From: Candidatus Caenarcanales bacterium
Lineage (GTDB): Bacteria > Cyanobacteriota > Vampirovibrionia > 2-02-FULL-35-15
Length of the DNA: 64,000 nucleotides
Assembly: GCA_020050435.1 (NCBI GenBank)
Contig: JAGVKQ010000011.1
Coordinates: 3,350-67,349, forward strand
Reading direction: 5' to 3'
Numbering within the stretch: position 1 is the stretch's first letter; each line of letters opens with the position of its first letter. A program made the translations under genes and the position numbers. Positions 1 through 10,245 of the stretch are shown one piece after another. The notes below the pieces were generated by a model, which had not been told where the DNA came from, made no database searches, and saw only the letters and a program-made list of their open reading frames with translations.

Positions 1-284
<284 letters not shown>

Positions 285-623
285 TTACAAGAACTAAAAA
301 CTCTCTATATACTTATAAGATGAAATTCTTAAAATTCCCTGTCTATTCATGTTGTTTTAATCTTTTAACTTTTTTTTATTACAAAGCATCGTATTTCTTT
401 AAAAATCAATAAAGTCATTACTCTTTCTTAATCTCAATTGAGCAAATTATCTGTAATTCACTTGAAAAAGCATGTATATCAAAAACATATATTTGTAATT
501 GGATGAGAAATAAAACAAGTAACTAAGAATCATTTTCAATAAATAATTTCTAAGCAGCTTTTAGTTTATAGTTTTAAGGTTGGATTTTTTAATTGAAATA
601 AAAAAAGATACGGGAGAATTATA

Positions 624-848
624 ATGTCTTATACAATTGTAAGTGATATATGTGAAGGAAAATCAGATTGCATTCCAGTTTGTCCAGTTGATTGTATACA
701 CTGGGTTGAAGGAAAAACAAATACTAAAGGTACAAAATATCCAGCTATTGATGGTGATACTTGTATTGATTGTGGTGCTTGTTTAGCAGCATGTCCAGTA
801 GAAGGTGCCATTATTGATGAATGGAAACCAGAACTTCAAAAAATGTGA
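624..848 (+). CDS. Small dicluster [4Fe-4S]-type ferredoxin
   Basis: 74 aa with two cysteine clusters, CIDCGACLAACP (CxxCxxCxxxCP) and CEGKSDCIPVCP. A GGGAG Shine-Dalgarno sits 8 nt upstream of the ATG. Confidence 0.8.
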   Translation: MSYTIVSDICEGKSDCIPVCPVDCIHWVEGKTNTKGTKYPAIDGDTCIDCGACLAACPVEGAIIDEWKPELQKM

Positions 849-887
849 AAGCGAGGTTTGCAAACCCCGCTTTCTGAATATGACGAG

Positions 888-926
888 CGGAGGCGAGGTT
901 ATTTAATCTTGCCTCCGTTTTATTTT
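888..926 (+). terminator. Rho-independent terminator-like hairpin between the convergent ferredoxin and aroB genes
   Basis: The stem cggaggc...gcctccg has a 7-bp stem and is followed by ttttatttt. It overlaps the aroB stop codon, so it is plausibly bidirectional. Confidence 0.5.
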
Positions 927-2029
927 AATAACGATCTTACTTCTTTAAGTCCAATATTATTAACTATTTTTACTTGACCGATTGATCCATATGGCAAAAT
1001 AAATTTAAGTTTTCCATTTTCCACTTTTTTATCTAATAGCATAGAGTTTAAGATAGCGTTTAATTTTATTGGTTTTTTTACAGTGGTTGGTAGACCATAT
1101 TCTGAAATTAGATCAATAATAGAGCAAGCTTCTTTCTCGCTTATTAATTTATGTTTTGCCGCTAGTCTTGAGGCTAAACAAGTTCCTATACTTACGGCTT
1201 CTCCATGCGTGTATGCCTTATAGTTATAAGCTTGTTCAATTCCATGTGCAAAGGTATGCCCCAGATTTAATATTGCTCTTAAATTTGATTCTTTTTCATC
1301 TTTGCTGACAATATTTGCTTTTGCTAAAGCTGAGTAATAAATAATATTAGTAACAGCTTTTGTGTCTAAGCTTAAGATCTTTTCTCTGTTTAGTTTTAAG
1401 TATTTAAAGAAGGGTATTTTTGAAAATTTTGTTTTTGAAGTCTTTTCTAAAAGTGCATATTTTATTACTTCTGCCATGCCGATTAGAAATTCTTTTTCAG
1501 GAAGTGTACTTAAAAACGTAGGATCAATGAAAACTGCTTCTGGTTGATAAAATGTCCCGACTAAGTTTTTACCTTCTTTAATGTTTATGGCAGTTTTTCC
1601 ACCGATAGAAGCATCTACCATTCCTAATAGTGTGGTAGGAATGCAAATAAAATTAACACCTCTGTAATAAATGGATGCAGCAAAGCCAGTTAAATCACTA
1701 ACTACTCCGCCACCTAGAGCTATGAAAGAATCTTTTCTTTCAAATTTATTTTTAACAGCAAAATTGACAATTTTAAGAAGCGAGTCAAGATTCTTATACT
1801 GTTCTCCTGAAGGGAGAGTTAGAGTGAAAACTTTAAATCCACTTTTTAGCAAGCTTTGTTTTACCGTTTCTACAAATCTAACAGGAATTCTATTTTGAGT
1901 AACTATGAGAATTTTCTTCCCAATCTTTTTTTCTTTTAAGTGCCTACCAATTTGTGTTTGAATATTTCCTTGAATGAAAATATCACAACTTTTATCTTTT
2001 AAATTAATTTTTATTTTTTTTAAAGACAT
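920..2029 (-). CDS. aroB: 3-dehydroquinate synthase
   Basis: 369 aa with the GGGVVSDLTGFAAS nucleotide-binding motif and the metal-binding HGEAVSIG region typical of AroB. Confidence 0.9.
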   Translation of the reverse strand: MSLKKIKINLKDKSCDIFIQGNIQTQIGRHLKEKKIGKKILIVTQNRIPVRFVETVKQSLLKSGFKVFTLTLPSGEQYKNLDSLLKIVNFAVKNKFERKDSFIALGGGVVSDLTGFAASIYYRGVNFICIPTTLLGMVDASIGGKTAINIKEGKNLVGTFYQPEAVFIDPTFLSTLPEKEFLIGMAEVIKYALLEKTSKTKFSKIPFFKYLKLNREKILSLDTKAVTNIIYYSALAKANIVSKDEKESNLRAILNLGHTFAHGIEQAYNYKAYTHGEAVSIGTCLASRLAAKHKLISEKEACSIIDLISEYGLPTTVKKPIKLNAILNSMLLDKKVENGKLKFILPYGSIGQVKIVNNIGLKEVRSLLK

Positions 2030-2031
2030 TT

Positions 2032-2583
2032 TTAACTCATTCTAAAATGAATTTCTTTATTTGCGTTCAATAAACTAATTACTTCATCAGCGATTTCATT
2101 TATTTCTTTATTTTCTGTATCAACCTGAAAATGTGCCTGGGCATACATGCTTTTTCTTTCATTTGAGATTTCTTCTAGTGCTTTTACTGGGTCGTCATGA
2201 TTTGTTAGAAGCGGTCTTGCTCTTTTTCCTGCAATTCTTTTATAAAGTACTTCAGGAGAAGCATATAAAGCTACTATCCAGCCAGACTCATTTAAACATT
2301 TAAAATTCTCAGGGTCTTTTATCGCTCCACCGCCCGTAGCAATTACGATACCTACGTACTGGGAGATTTTTTTTATTATTTCTTTTTCAAAGGCTCTAAA
2401 TTTTTCTTCTCCATCCTGAGAGAAAATCTCTGGTATTGATTTGCCAGCTTTTCTTTCTATATAATGGTCTGAATCAATAAACCTTCTGCAAAGCTTTTTT
2501 GCAATTGTTCTTCCAACAGCAGATTTTCCTGAGCCCATAAGCCCAATTAATACAATATTTTTTGCTTCGTCAATTATTTCCAT
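2032..2583 (-). CDS. aroK: Shikimate kinase
   Basis: 183 aa with the Walker A motif GLMGSGKS and the expected size. It is immediately upstream of aroB in the same orientation. Confidence 0.85.
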   Translation of the reverse strand: MEIIDEAKNIVLIGLMGSGKSAVGRTIAKKLCRRFIDSDHYIERKAGKSIPEIFSQDGEEKFRAFEKEIIKKISQYVGIVIATGGGAIKDPENFKCLNESGWIVALYASPEVLYKRIAGKRARPLLTNHDDPVKALEEISNERKSMYAQAHFQVDTENKEINEIADEVISLLNANKEIHFRMS

Positions 2584-2599
2584 AAAGAAGTAGAGAGCT

Positions 2600-2661
2600 G
2601 AGGATAGAGGACTGAGGTTGGAGTCTATAATTCTAAGCTCTGTTTTCTGTCCTCTATCCTC
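2600..2661. promoter_or_regulatory. Perfect 13-bp inverted repeat (gaggatagaggac / gtcctctatcctc) with a 36-bp spacer in the divergent aroK-dnaB promoter region
   Basis: Read directly from the sequence. It sits between the divergently transcribed aroK and dnaB genes. Confidence 0.4.
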
Positions 2662-2796
2662 TATTTTCTATTCTTTATAATAGCTCAAATTAGGCTTTTA
2701 ACACAGAGTCTTACTATTTTTATAGTTTTAATAGGTTTTACTAACCTGTATCGGTAAGTTGAATGCATAACCTGATTCGATTAGAATATATAAACT

Positions 2797-4185
2797 ATGG
2801 AAAATGATTTTACTTTAAGAGCTGGCAATAAGACCTTACCTTTGAATACAGGTAATGAAGATAATTATTTGCTTTTACCTCAATCTCAAGAAGCTGAACA
2901 AGCAGTAATTGGTGCAGTGCTCGCACAAAGTGAATGTTTGAATAAGGTTATAGAGGTTCTTAAAAATTCCAGTTCATTTTATAGACCAGCACATAAGATT
3001 ATTTATGATGCTATTTTAAAACTTTATGAGAGAAGTGAGGCAATCGATCCATTAACAGTATCTGAGTATTTGCAAAGTTCTGGAAAGTTAGATGAAGTTG
3101 GGGGTAGATATTATATTGGTCTTTTACTTTCACATGCACCCCTAGCTATAAATGCTGAAAGATATGCAGAAATTGTTAAAGAAAAATCTATTCTAAGAGA
3201 AGTTATTTTTGCGGGAAATCAAATATCTAAAATAGGTTATGAAGAAAATGAGGCTTCATCTGCTCTTGAAAAATCAGAACAACTTATTTTTAACTTGTCT
3301 CAAAATAGAACTAATCAAAACCTCACTGTCATTAGTGAGCTCGTAAATGATACCTGGGAAAGATTAGAACAAAGAGAACAAAATAAAGGTTCATTGCTTG
3401 GCATTGATACGGGATATTATGACTTAAATGCTATGACGTCTGGCCTTCAAAAGTCAGATTTAATAGTTATAGCTGCAAGACCAAGTATGGGGAAAACAGC
3501 CCTTTGTTTGAATATTGCTGAGAATGTTGGCATTGGTCAGAAAAAAGTAGTTGCACTTTTTAGTTTAGAAATGTCCAAAGAACAAGTTGTTCAAAGAATG
3601 GTCTGTAGTAGAGCCAGTGTAGATGCAAATAAAGTAAGGTTTGGACAGCTCCAACAGGAAGATTGGACAAGGCTTGGTGAGGCTTTTGGTGATCTTGGTG
3701 ATGCAAAAATATTTATTGATGACACTCCTGTTATGGGTGTAATGGAAATGAAAGCAAAAGCAAGAAGGCTTAAAGCTGAGCAGGGTGAATTAGGCTTAGT
3801 GATTATAGATTACTTACAACTCATGGAAGGAAGCCGCCCAGATAACAGAGTCCAGGAAATTGCTGATATTTCTAGAGGATTAAAAGGTTTTGCTAGAGAG
3901 CTTGATGTGCCAGTCATTGCATTAAGTCAGCTTTCTCGTGCAGTTGAAGCTAGGCAAAATAAAAGACCAATGCTTTCTGATTTACGTGAAAGTGGTTCTA
4001 TTGAGCAAGATGCAGATATCGTTATGTTTATTTATAGGGATGAATACTATAATCCAGAGACTCAGAATAAAGGTGAAGCTGAATTGCTTATTGCTAAACA
4101 GCGTAACGGCCCGACTGGGAAAGTAACCTTACTCTTCCAACCCAACATTACTAAGTTTAGAAACCCTGCAAGGCAATTTGTTTAA
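2797..4185 (+). CDS. dnaB: Replicative DNA helicase DnaB
   Basis: 462 aa with the N-terminal primase-interaction domain, Walker A ARPSMGKT and the RecA-like C-terminal domain (IIDYLQLM). Confidence 0.95.
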   Translation: MENDFTLRAGNKTLPLNTGNEDNYLLLPQSQEAEQAVIGAVLAQSECLNKVIEVLKNSSSFYRPAHKIIYDAILKLYERSEAIDPLTVSEYLQSSGKLDEVGGRYYIGLLLSHAPLAINAERYAEIVKEKSILREVIFAGNQISKIGYEENEASSALEKSEQLIFNLSQNRTNQNLTVISELVNDTWERLEQREQNKGSLLGIDTGYYDLNAMTSGLQKSDLIVIAARPSMGKTALCLNIAENVGIGQKKVVALFSLEMSKEQVVQRMVCSRASVDANKVRFGQLQQEDWTRLGEAFGDLGDAKIFIDDTPVMGVMEMKAKARRLKAEQGELGLVIIDYLQLMEGSRPDNRVQEIADISRGLKGFARELDVPVIALSQLSRAVEARQNKRPMLSDLRESGSIEQDADIVMFIYRDEYYNPETQNKGEAELLIAKQRNGPTGKVTLLFQPNITKFRNPARQFV

Positions 4186-5145
4186 TTATTTGTGCAGCCT
4201 TGCACTCCTCAAAATGATTTCAACTAAATCATCATATTCAATTCCAATGTTTTTTGCCTGAGCTGGTAAATCGCTAGTATCAGTCATCCCTGGCAATGTG
4301 TTTACTTCTAACATATAAGGAGTTTCATCCTCTGAAAGGATAAAATCTACTCTGCTACATGAAGAACAACCTATCCCTGTGAATATCTTTAATGAATCTT
4401 CTTCAATTCTTTTTCTGGTACTTTCATTTAAGTTTGCTGGAAGAATAAACTCTGTCATCCCTTTTGTGTATTTTGCTTCATAGTCATAAAATTCATTTTT
4501 TGGCTTAAGTTCTAAAATTGGTAGAACTTTAAGTGTTTCATTTATATCAATTATGCTGGAGGTAAATTCCCGACCTTTGATGTATTCTTCAATAATATAA
4601 TCAGTATTATTTAAATCAGTTTCATTTATTTTTTTCGACAACTCTTCAGAAGACTTTATTTTAAAAGTGTTTACGCTAGAGCCATCACTGTTTGGTTTGA
4701 AGAAAATAGCCCCATTTTTCTCAGATAGTTCTTTCCATATTTTACTTATATCAAGATTCTTTTTATTGTTTTTTGTTAGTAAGTATGATTTTGCACAGGA
4801 TAAACCAATGCTGGTCGCTATTTGTTTTGTAATCCATTTATCCATTGAAAGAGCGCTAGCTAAAACTGATGAGCCTGTATAAGGGATCTGTAACCATTCA
4901 AGAGCCCCCTGTATGGCTCCATCTTCGCCATATTTACCATGTGTTGCAAGTAATACTGCTTCTATGTTTTTTGTTTTAAGTGAAAGCAAGTCTTCAAGAG
5001 ATTTAATATCAATTAATTCAGTATTTTCATAATTTTTTCTTTTAAGGGCAGAAAAACAATTCTTACCAGATCTAAGTGAGATTTCTCTTTCATTGGAAAT
5101 CCCCCCACAAAGTACAGCTATTTTTGATTTTTTGTCTAATAACAT
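4186..5145 (-). CDS. ddl: D-alanine--D-alanine ligase
   Basis: 319 aa with an ATP-grasp fold. The start KIAVLCGGISNEREISLRSG and the C-terminal EVNTLPGMT motif match Ddl. Confidence 0.9.
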   Translation of the reverse strand: MLLDKKSKIAVLCGGISNEREISLRSGKNCFSALKRKNYENTELIDIKSLEDLLSLKTKNIEAVLLATHGKYGEDGAIQGALEWLQIPYTGSSVLASALSMDKWITKQIATSIGLSCAKSYLLTKNNKKNLDISKIWKELSEKNGAIFFKPNSDGSSVNTFKIKSSEELSKKINETDLNNTDYIIEEYIKGREFTSSIIDINETLKVLPILELKPKNEFYDYEAKYTKGMTEFILPANLNESTRKRIEEDSLKIFTGIGCSSCSRVDFILSEDETPYMLEVNTLPGMTDTSDLPAQAKNIGIEYDDLVEIILRSARLHK

Positions 5146-5184
5146 ATAATAATTTTAACGTAATTGATAAAATATAAGTAATTT

Positions 5185-6342
5185 ATGCGCACATTTGAAG
5201 AAATTAATGAAAAAATCAAAAATTCTAAGATAAAAGTTCTAACAGCACTGGAAGCAAAAAACTATATTAAAGAAAAGGGAATTAACTCTTTTTCATCTGA
5301 TATTGATGTCGTTACCTGTGCTAGTTTTGAAATGCATACAAATGCGCTTCTCTACTTGAGTTTTGGTCAAACAGATCCAATGATTTATTTTCAGGAAGTT
5401 TCAGTTAATGGTGTTCCTGCTTACCCTACTGGTCCTACTGATATAGCCATATCATGTGTCTCTTCCTCTAAGGATGACATAAATTATAGTGGTGCAAATA
5501 TTTTGGAAGACCTTCTTTTGGGCAAGAATCTACATTTGAAAGCTGTGGGAAAACATTCAGGAGTTTTTCCAAATAGAGAATTTGAGACTTGGTTTAATTT
5601 AAAAGATGTTAATCAAAGTAGATTACTTTTAAATCAATCGCTAAATCAAAACAATATCGTGGCTTGTAATTCCAGTGATAATGACATTAATTCACATATG
5701 GGCACTTTAATAGGTAAATTAGAAAATTCAACTTTTAACTCTTCAACCTTCTTGAATCCATTAATTAATGATCCATTTTGTAAAACAATCGGTGTTGGTA
5801 CAAGTGTATGGATAGCTGGTTCTAGGGGAGTTATTGTAGGACATGGAAGTTCTCATAACCCTAATCAAAAAAGAAATGAATATGGTATCCCTGTTGGTCC
5901 TTCTATTACATTGTCTAGCATTGTAGATATCTCTTCAATGAATCCTAAGTGGGTGAAGCCAGGTCATATCCAGTCATTTGGACCTGTTCTATTTATTAGC
6001 GTTGCTATTGCTATTCCAGTTTTAAATAAAGAAATTGCAGAGTGCCTTTCAATAACTGATGATAAAATCCACACAACGATTGTGGACTTTTCTATCCCTA
6101 GAAGAACAAAACCAACTTTTGGTCAATGTACCTATGCTGAGCTTAGGACAAGTACAGTATCCATTAATAATAAACCTACATTAACAGCGCCGCTTACTAG
6201 TATGGCTTACTCTATAGAGTCATGCAATGAGCTAAAAAATGATATATTGAATAAAAAATTTATTCTATCAAAACCTACATCTGAGATTAATATGGGTGTG
6301 GAATTGAAAAAACTTGATGCAAAGCTTGGAGAGTTAGTCTAA
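5185..6342 (+). CDS. DUF39/COG1900-like protein, homologous to the L-aspartate-semialdehyde sulfurtransferase family used by methanogens for homocysteine biosynthesis. The motifs are divergent.
   Basis: The N-terminus RTFEEINEKIK..KVLTA.E......DVVT resembles the DUF39 start KTIEEINEKI..AVVVTAEE...VDVVTTG recalled from memory. GVGTSVWIAGSRGVIVGHGSSHNP resembles the DUF39 glycine-rich block. The match could not be verified computationally. Confidence 0.45.
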   Translation: MRTFEEINEKIKNSKIKVLTALEAKNYIKEKGINSFSSDIDVVTCASFEMHTNALLYLSFGQTDPMIYFQEVSVNGVPAYPTGPTDIAISCVSSSKDDINYSGANILEDLLLGKNLHLKAVGKHSGVFPNREFETWFNLKDVNQSRLLLNQSLNQNNIVACNSSDNDINSHMGTLIGKLENSTFNSSTFLNPLINDPFCKTIGVGTSVWIAGSRGVIVGHGSSHNPNQKRNEYGIPVGPSITLSSIVDISSMNPKWVKPGHIQSFGPVLFISVAIAIPVLNKEIAECLSITDDKIHTTIVDFSIPRRTKPTFGQCTYAELRTSTVSINNKPTLTAPLTSMAYSIESCNELKNDILNKKFILSKPTSEINMGVELKKLDAKLGELV

Positions 6343-7418
6343 TGCTTCTTAAATTGAAAAAATCCATTTATATGTTTTTGATATTCTGTTTTTTTTACAA
6401 TGTTGCTTATGCACAGGATCAGATTGTGTCTTCTGAAATATTAGGAATTAGAGCTGAAGATGAAATCTTGTTAATTGAGGTAGCTAAAAAATACCCACAA
6501 TTAAAATTTAATCAAGCTCATAATCCTCCTAGATTATTAATTGAAATTCCAAATACTGTTTATCATCGTGACTTTATATATGATGAAAATGTTAAGGGGA
6601 AAATACTTCTAGGACTTAATTTTATTAATAATGTTGAAGTTAAGCTTCTGGGTGATTCTGAGCCAAATAAAACTGAAATTGTTTTATATTTAAATCCTGA
6701 AGTTAGCCTTTCCCCAAAAATTATTTCTACAAAGGATAATGTTGTTAGAATTTCACTCTTGAAACCAGAAGAGAAAAAAGATGTTTTGGATAGAAGTTCG
6801 CAGGAAATTTATAATAAAGCTGTGGAGGAGCAGTCTGCTGGTCATTTAGATTCAGCAATCTCTCTCTATAATGAAGCGATTTCAAAAAATCCTAATTTCT
6901 ATTTGGCTCGTTTTAATATGGCTAAAGCTTATATAGATAAAAATAATTATAATGAGGCTATAAAGCTTCTTTTAGAACTTGTTAAAGAAATGCAAAAACT
7001 TCCTAGTGGAACGGTTGATAAGAATACAGTTTTAGTTGTAACTAATACTTTGGGGACTGCTTATTATCAAACTGGATACTATGATGATGCTAAAAAACAA
7101 TTTTTAAATGTAGTAAAGTTAGATCCTGATTTTTATCAGGCTTATTATAATATTGGCTTAGTAGATGAAAAAAAGAAAGAAATTAAACTGGCAAAGGAAA
7201 GCTTTGTAAAATTTGTATCTTTAAAGTCTGACTTGCCTGAGCCTTACTATCATATTGGTGTTTTAAGTTTAATCTTAGATACTAAAGAAGATAAAGAAGA
7301 AGCAAGAAAAGCATTTGAGAAAGTTGTGGAGCTAGCTCCTGATACTAAGGTCGCCGAACTTAGTAAAAAAGAATTAGAAAAGTTAGAAAAAAAGGGTTTT
7401 TCTTTTAAAAGAAAATAG
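6342..7418 (+). CDS. Secreted tetratricopeptide-repeat (TPR) protein
   Basis: 358 aa with an N-terminal signal peptide (MLLKLKKSIYMFLIFCFFYNVAYA) and repeated AxxxYxxAIxxNPNF-type TPR motifs. Confidence 0.65.
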   Translation: MLLKLKKSIYMFLIFCFFYNVAYAQDQIVSSEILGIRAEDEILLIEVAKKYPQLKFNQAHNPPRLLIEIPNTVYHRDFIYDENVKGKILLGLNFINNVEVKLLGDSEPNKTEIVLYLNPEVSLSPKIISTKDNVVRISLLKPEEKKDVLDRSSQEIYNKAVEEQSAGHLDSAISLYNEAISKNPNFYLARFNMAKAYIDKNNYNEAIKLLLELVKEMQKLPSGTVDKNTVLVVTNTLGTAYYQTGYYDDAKKQFLNVVKLDPDFYQAYYNIGLVDEKKKEIKLAKESFVKFVSLKSDLPEPYYHIGVLSLILDTKEDKEEARKAFEKVVELAPDTKVAELSKKELEKLEKKGFSFKRK

Positions 7419-7421
7419 AAT

Positions 7422-8123
7422 ATGCTTGCTTTTGATAAATTGTATTTTATTGATACAGGCTTGAATTCAGGGTCTTTTAATATGGACTTTGATAATGATC
7501 TATTTGAAAAATTTACTAATGATGAAATTGATTTACCGGTTTTAAGATTTTATTCATGGAACGAACCTACCTTATCTATAGGATTTAACCAGAAGAGTGA
7601 AGATGGACCTTCTAATTTTCCTATTGTAAAAAGAATTACTGGTGGGCAAGCAGTCTTTCATGATGTAAAAGAAAATGAACTTACTTATTCTATTATTCTT
7701 AAATCTTCTCTTGGACCAAAGCAAATATATTTTGAATTAGGAAAAGTCTTTATTAGATTTTTAAATAACTATGGGTTGGATGCAAGAGTTGGATATAAAA
7801 AACAAGGTGAAAAAGATAAATACAGAGATTCATTTGACTGCTTTGAGTCAAAAACAGAGGCTGACATTGTAGTAAATGACATTAAAGTCATAGGTAGTGC
7901 TCAGAGAGTAAAAAGAATATCTAATAAAAATGATAAAAATCAATATATCTTACAGCATGGTTCAATTAAATTAGATAAAATAAGACAGCTATCTGGTAAA
8001 GATATCTCTTATGATGTTTCTAGTGTTGATTTAAGAAATGCTTTTAAGCAAGAGTTTGGTGTTGATTTTATAAGTGTAGAAAATTTAAATGAGGTCTTTA
8101 ATGCAAAAAACAATATTAGATGA
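7422..8123 (+). CDS. Lipoate-protein ligase / octanoyltransferase family protein (BPL/LPL catalytic domain)
   Basis: 233 aa with LRFYSWNEPTLSIGFNQ, which matches the LipB/LplA/LipM catalytic-domain signature. A conserved Lys-containing region (SAQRVKR) lies downstream. Confidence 0.55.
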   Translation: MLAFDKLYFIDTGLNSGSFNMDFDNDLFEKFTNDEIDLPVLRFYSWNEPTLSIGFNQKSEDGPSNFPIVKRITGGQAVFHDVKENELTYSIILKSSLGPKQIYFELGKVFIRFLNNYGLDARVGYKKQGEKDKYRDSFDCFESKTEADIVVNDIKVIGSAQRVKRISNKNDKNQYILQHGSIKLDKIRQLSGKDISYDVSSVDLRNAFKQEFGVDFISVENLNEVFNAKNNIR

Positions 8124-9069
8124 AAATATAAAAAATAAGAAATTCACAAAAGAGTTTGTTTCTGAAATCTATAATCTTCCTTTGCTTGATTTAGTCTATA
8201 AAGCTCAGACTGTTCATAGAGAGTATCAGCCATTAAATAAAGTGCAGCTTTGTACCCTTGGAAATATAAAGAGTGGAAATTGTCCTGAAGATTGTAAGTA
8301 TTGCCCACAAAGTTCTAGGTATAATACTGAAATTGAAAAATATAAATTAATGCCTAAAGAAGATGTCATTAAAGAAGCTACACTTGCTAAAGAAAATGGT
8401 TCTACAAGATTTTGTATGGGAGCTGCATGGAGAAATGCTCCTGAAAATGAAGAGTTTAATCACATTCTTGAATTGGTTAAAGAAGTTAAAAATCTTGGAA
8501 TGGAAGCTTGTTGTACATTGGGTATGCTTACTCAGGAACAGGCAAATAAATTAAAAGATGCAGGGCTTACTGCTTATAATCATAATTTAGATACATCAGA
8601 AGAATTTTATAAAGAAGTGATTACTACAAGAACTTACAAGGATAGATTAGAAACCATCCAGTATGTTGCTGATGCTGGTATTCAGGTTTGTTCAGGTGGA
8701 ATTCTTGGTTTGGGTGAATCTGTTGAAGATAGAATTGAATTATTTAGGACACTTGCTAATCTGGATCCTCAGCCAGAATCAGTTCCTATAAATGTTTTAG
8801 TTAAAGTAGAGGGTACTCCTCTTTTTGGTAATGAAGAAATTGACCCATTTGATATGGTTAGAAGTATAGCTACTGCTAGGATTCTTATGCCAAAGGCTAG
8901 AGTTAGGTTATCTGCAGGCAGATTACAAATGACAGATGAACTTCAGACTCTTTGTTTTATGGGTGGTGCAAACAGTATTTTTACTGGAGAAAAATTACTA
9001 ACTACTGATAATCCATCTTTCAATGCTGATAAAAAATTATTTGAGAAATTGAAGATAGAAGCGATGTAG
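8089..9069 (+). CDS. bioB: Biotin synthase (radical SAM); the more likely start is ATG 8101 (MQKTIL...)
   Basis: GNCPEDCKYCPQSSRY is essentially identical to the E. coli BioB radical-SAM cysteine motif, and the length is about 320 aa. Confidence 0.9.
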   Translation: MRSLMQKTILDENIKNKKFTKEFVSEIYNLPLLDLVYKAQTVHREYQPLNKVQLCTLGNIKSGNCPEDCKYCPQSSRYNTEIEKYKLMPKEDVIKEATLAKENGSTRFCMGAAWRNAPENEEFNHILELVKEVKNLGMEACCTLGMLTQEQANKLKDAGLTAYNHNLDTSEEFYKEVITTRTYKDRLETIQYVADAGIQVCSGGILGLGESVEDRIELFRTLANLDPQPESVPINVLVKVEGTPLFGNEEIDPFDMVRSIATARILMPKARVRLSAGRLQMTDELQTLCFMGGANSIFTGEKLLTTDNPSFNADKKLFEKLKIEAM

Positions 9070-9093
9070 GGGCTGGGTGACCCTGCCCTTACA

Positions 9094-10245
9094 TTAAGCA
9101 ATTTGTTTCTTGAATTGTCTGATAGCAAAGTACATGATAACTATTCCATATAGTAATAGAGGAATAACATCATGAATTACATCATTAAATCCTGCACCAC
9201 GAATAATAATGCCTCTTAAAATATCTAGGAAATAAGTTAAAGGAATAAAATATCCTATAAAACTCATAATAGGTGGCATATTATCTCTGGGGAAAATAAA
9301 TCCGCTTAGTAAAATAGATGGAATAATTACTAGTTGTAATAACTGTGTCGTTTGAGCAAGATTTGCTGATTTTGTAGAGATGAAAAGACCAATAGATAAA
9401 CTGGTAAATAAGAAAAATGTAGAGAGTATTGTTAATAGAAAATAGCTTCCATGGATAGGAACCTTAAATAAAAATACCATTACGAACGTTATTAATAAAT
9501 ATTGAAAAAATCCAATTAGTCCATAAGGAATTAGTTTCCCAATAAGTAATCCTCCCTGACCTACAGGAGATACCATTAATTGTTCTAATGTGCCTTTTTC
9601 TTTTTCCTTAACTATAGCCAGTGCTGTAATAAATGCAGTGATGATTTGCATAAGTACACCTAAGAGTCCTGGAATCATAAAGTTTGCACTTTTTAAATCA
9701 GGGTTAAAAAGAACTCTTGATCTGGTTTCAATTAAATTAGGATTAAATCCAATTGTTTCCGTTAGTATCATGGAGTTGAAATTAAGAAGAATTAGACTCG
9801 CTGTGTTAGATGCTTGTTGTGCTACTGAAGATTCCGAACCATCTACTAATAGCTGAACTTGAGTAGGTCTGCTGTTTAAAATATTTGCCTGAAAATGTTT
9901 AGGTATAATAAAACCTGTTTTAACTTTTCCGCTTACTACACTACTTAGTAACTCTTCTTCACTTTCAGGATAATAATTTACCTTGAAGTATTTAGATGCC
10001 TGTAATTTTTCTATAACTACTCTTGAAGTATTTGTTTTATCAAAATCTAATACTGCTGTCTTAATATTTTTAACATCCATGTCTATGGCATAGCCGTAAA
10101 TAATTAGCTGAACTGCAGGGATTAAAAGGGTGAGGGAAAGAGTGAATCTATCATTTAATATGTGGATGAACTCTTTATATACAATTGCTTTCATTCCCCA
10201 AAAGAAAGAGTTGTTTTTCAAATTATCTATTATTTTATTAAACAT
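9094..10245 (-). CDS. ABC-2 type transporter permease
   Basis: 383 aa with an N-terminal TM helix, a large periplasmic loop and C-terminal TM helices. It is co-operonic with the upstream ABC ATPase. Confidence 0.75.
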   Translation of the reverse strand: MFNKIIDNLKNNSFFWGMKAIVYKEFIHILNDRFTLSLTLLIPAVQLIIYGYAIDMDVKNIKTAVLDFDKTNTSRVVIEKLQASKYFKVNYYPESEEELLSSVVSGKVKTGFIIPKHFQANILNSRPTQVQLLVDGSESSVAQQASNTASLILLNFNSMILTETIGFNPNLIETRSRVLFNPDLKSANFMIPGLLGVLMQIITAFITALAIVKEKEKGTLEQLMVSPVGQGGLLIGKLIPYGLIGFFQYLLITFVMVFLFKVPIHGSYFLLTILSTFFLFTSLSIGLFISTKSANLAQTTQLLQLVIIPSILLSGFIFPRDNMPPIMSFIGYFIPLTYFLDILRGIIIRGAGFNDVIHDVIPLLLYGIVIMYFAIRQFKKQIA

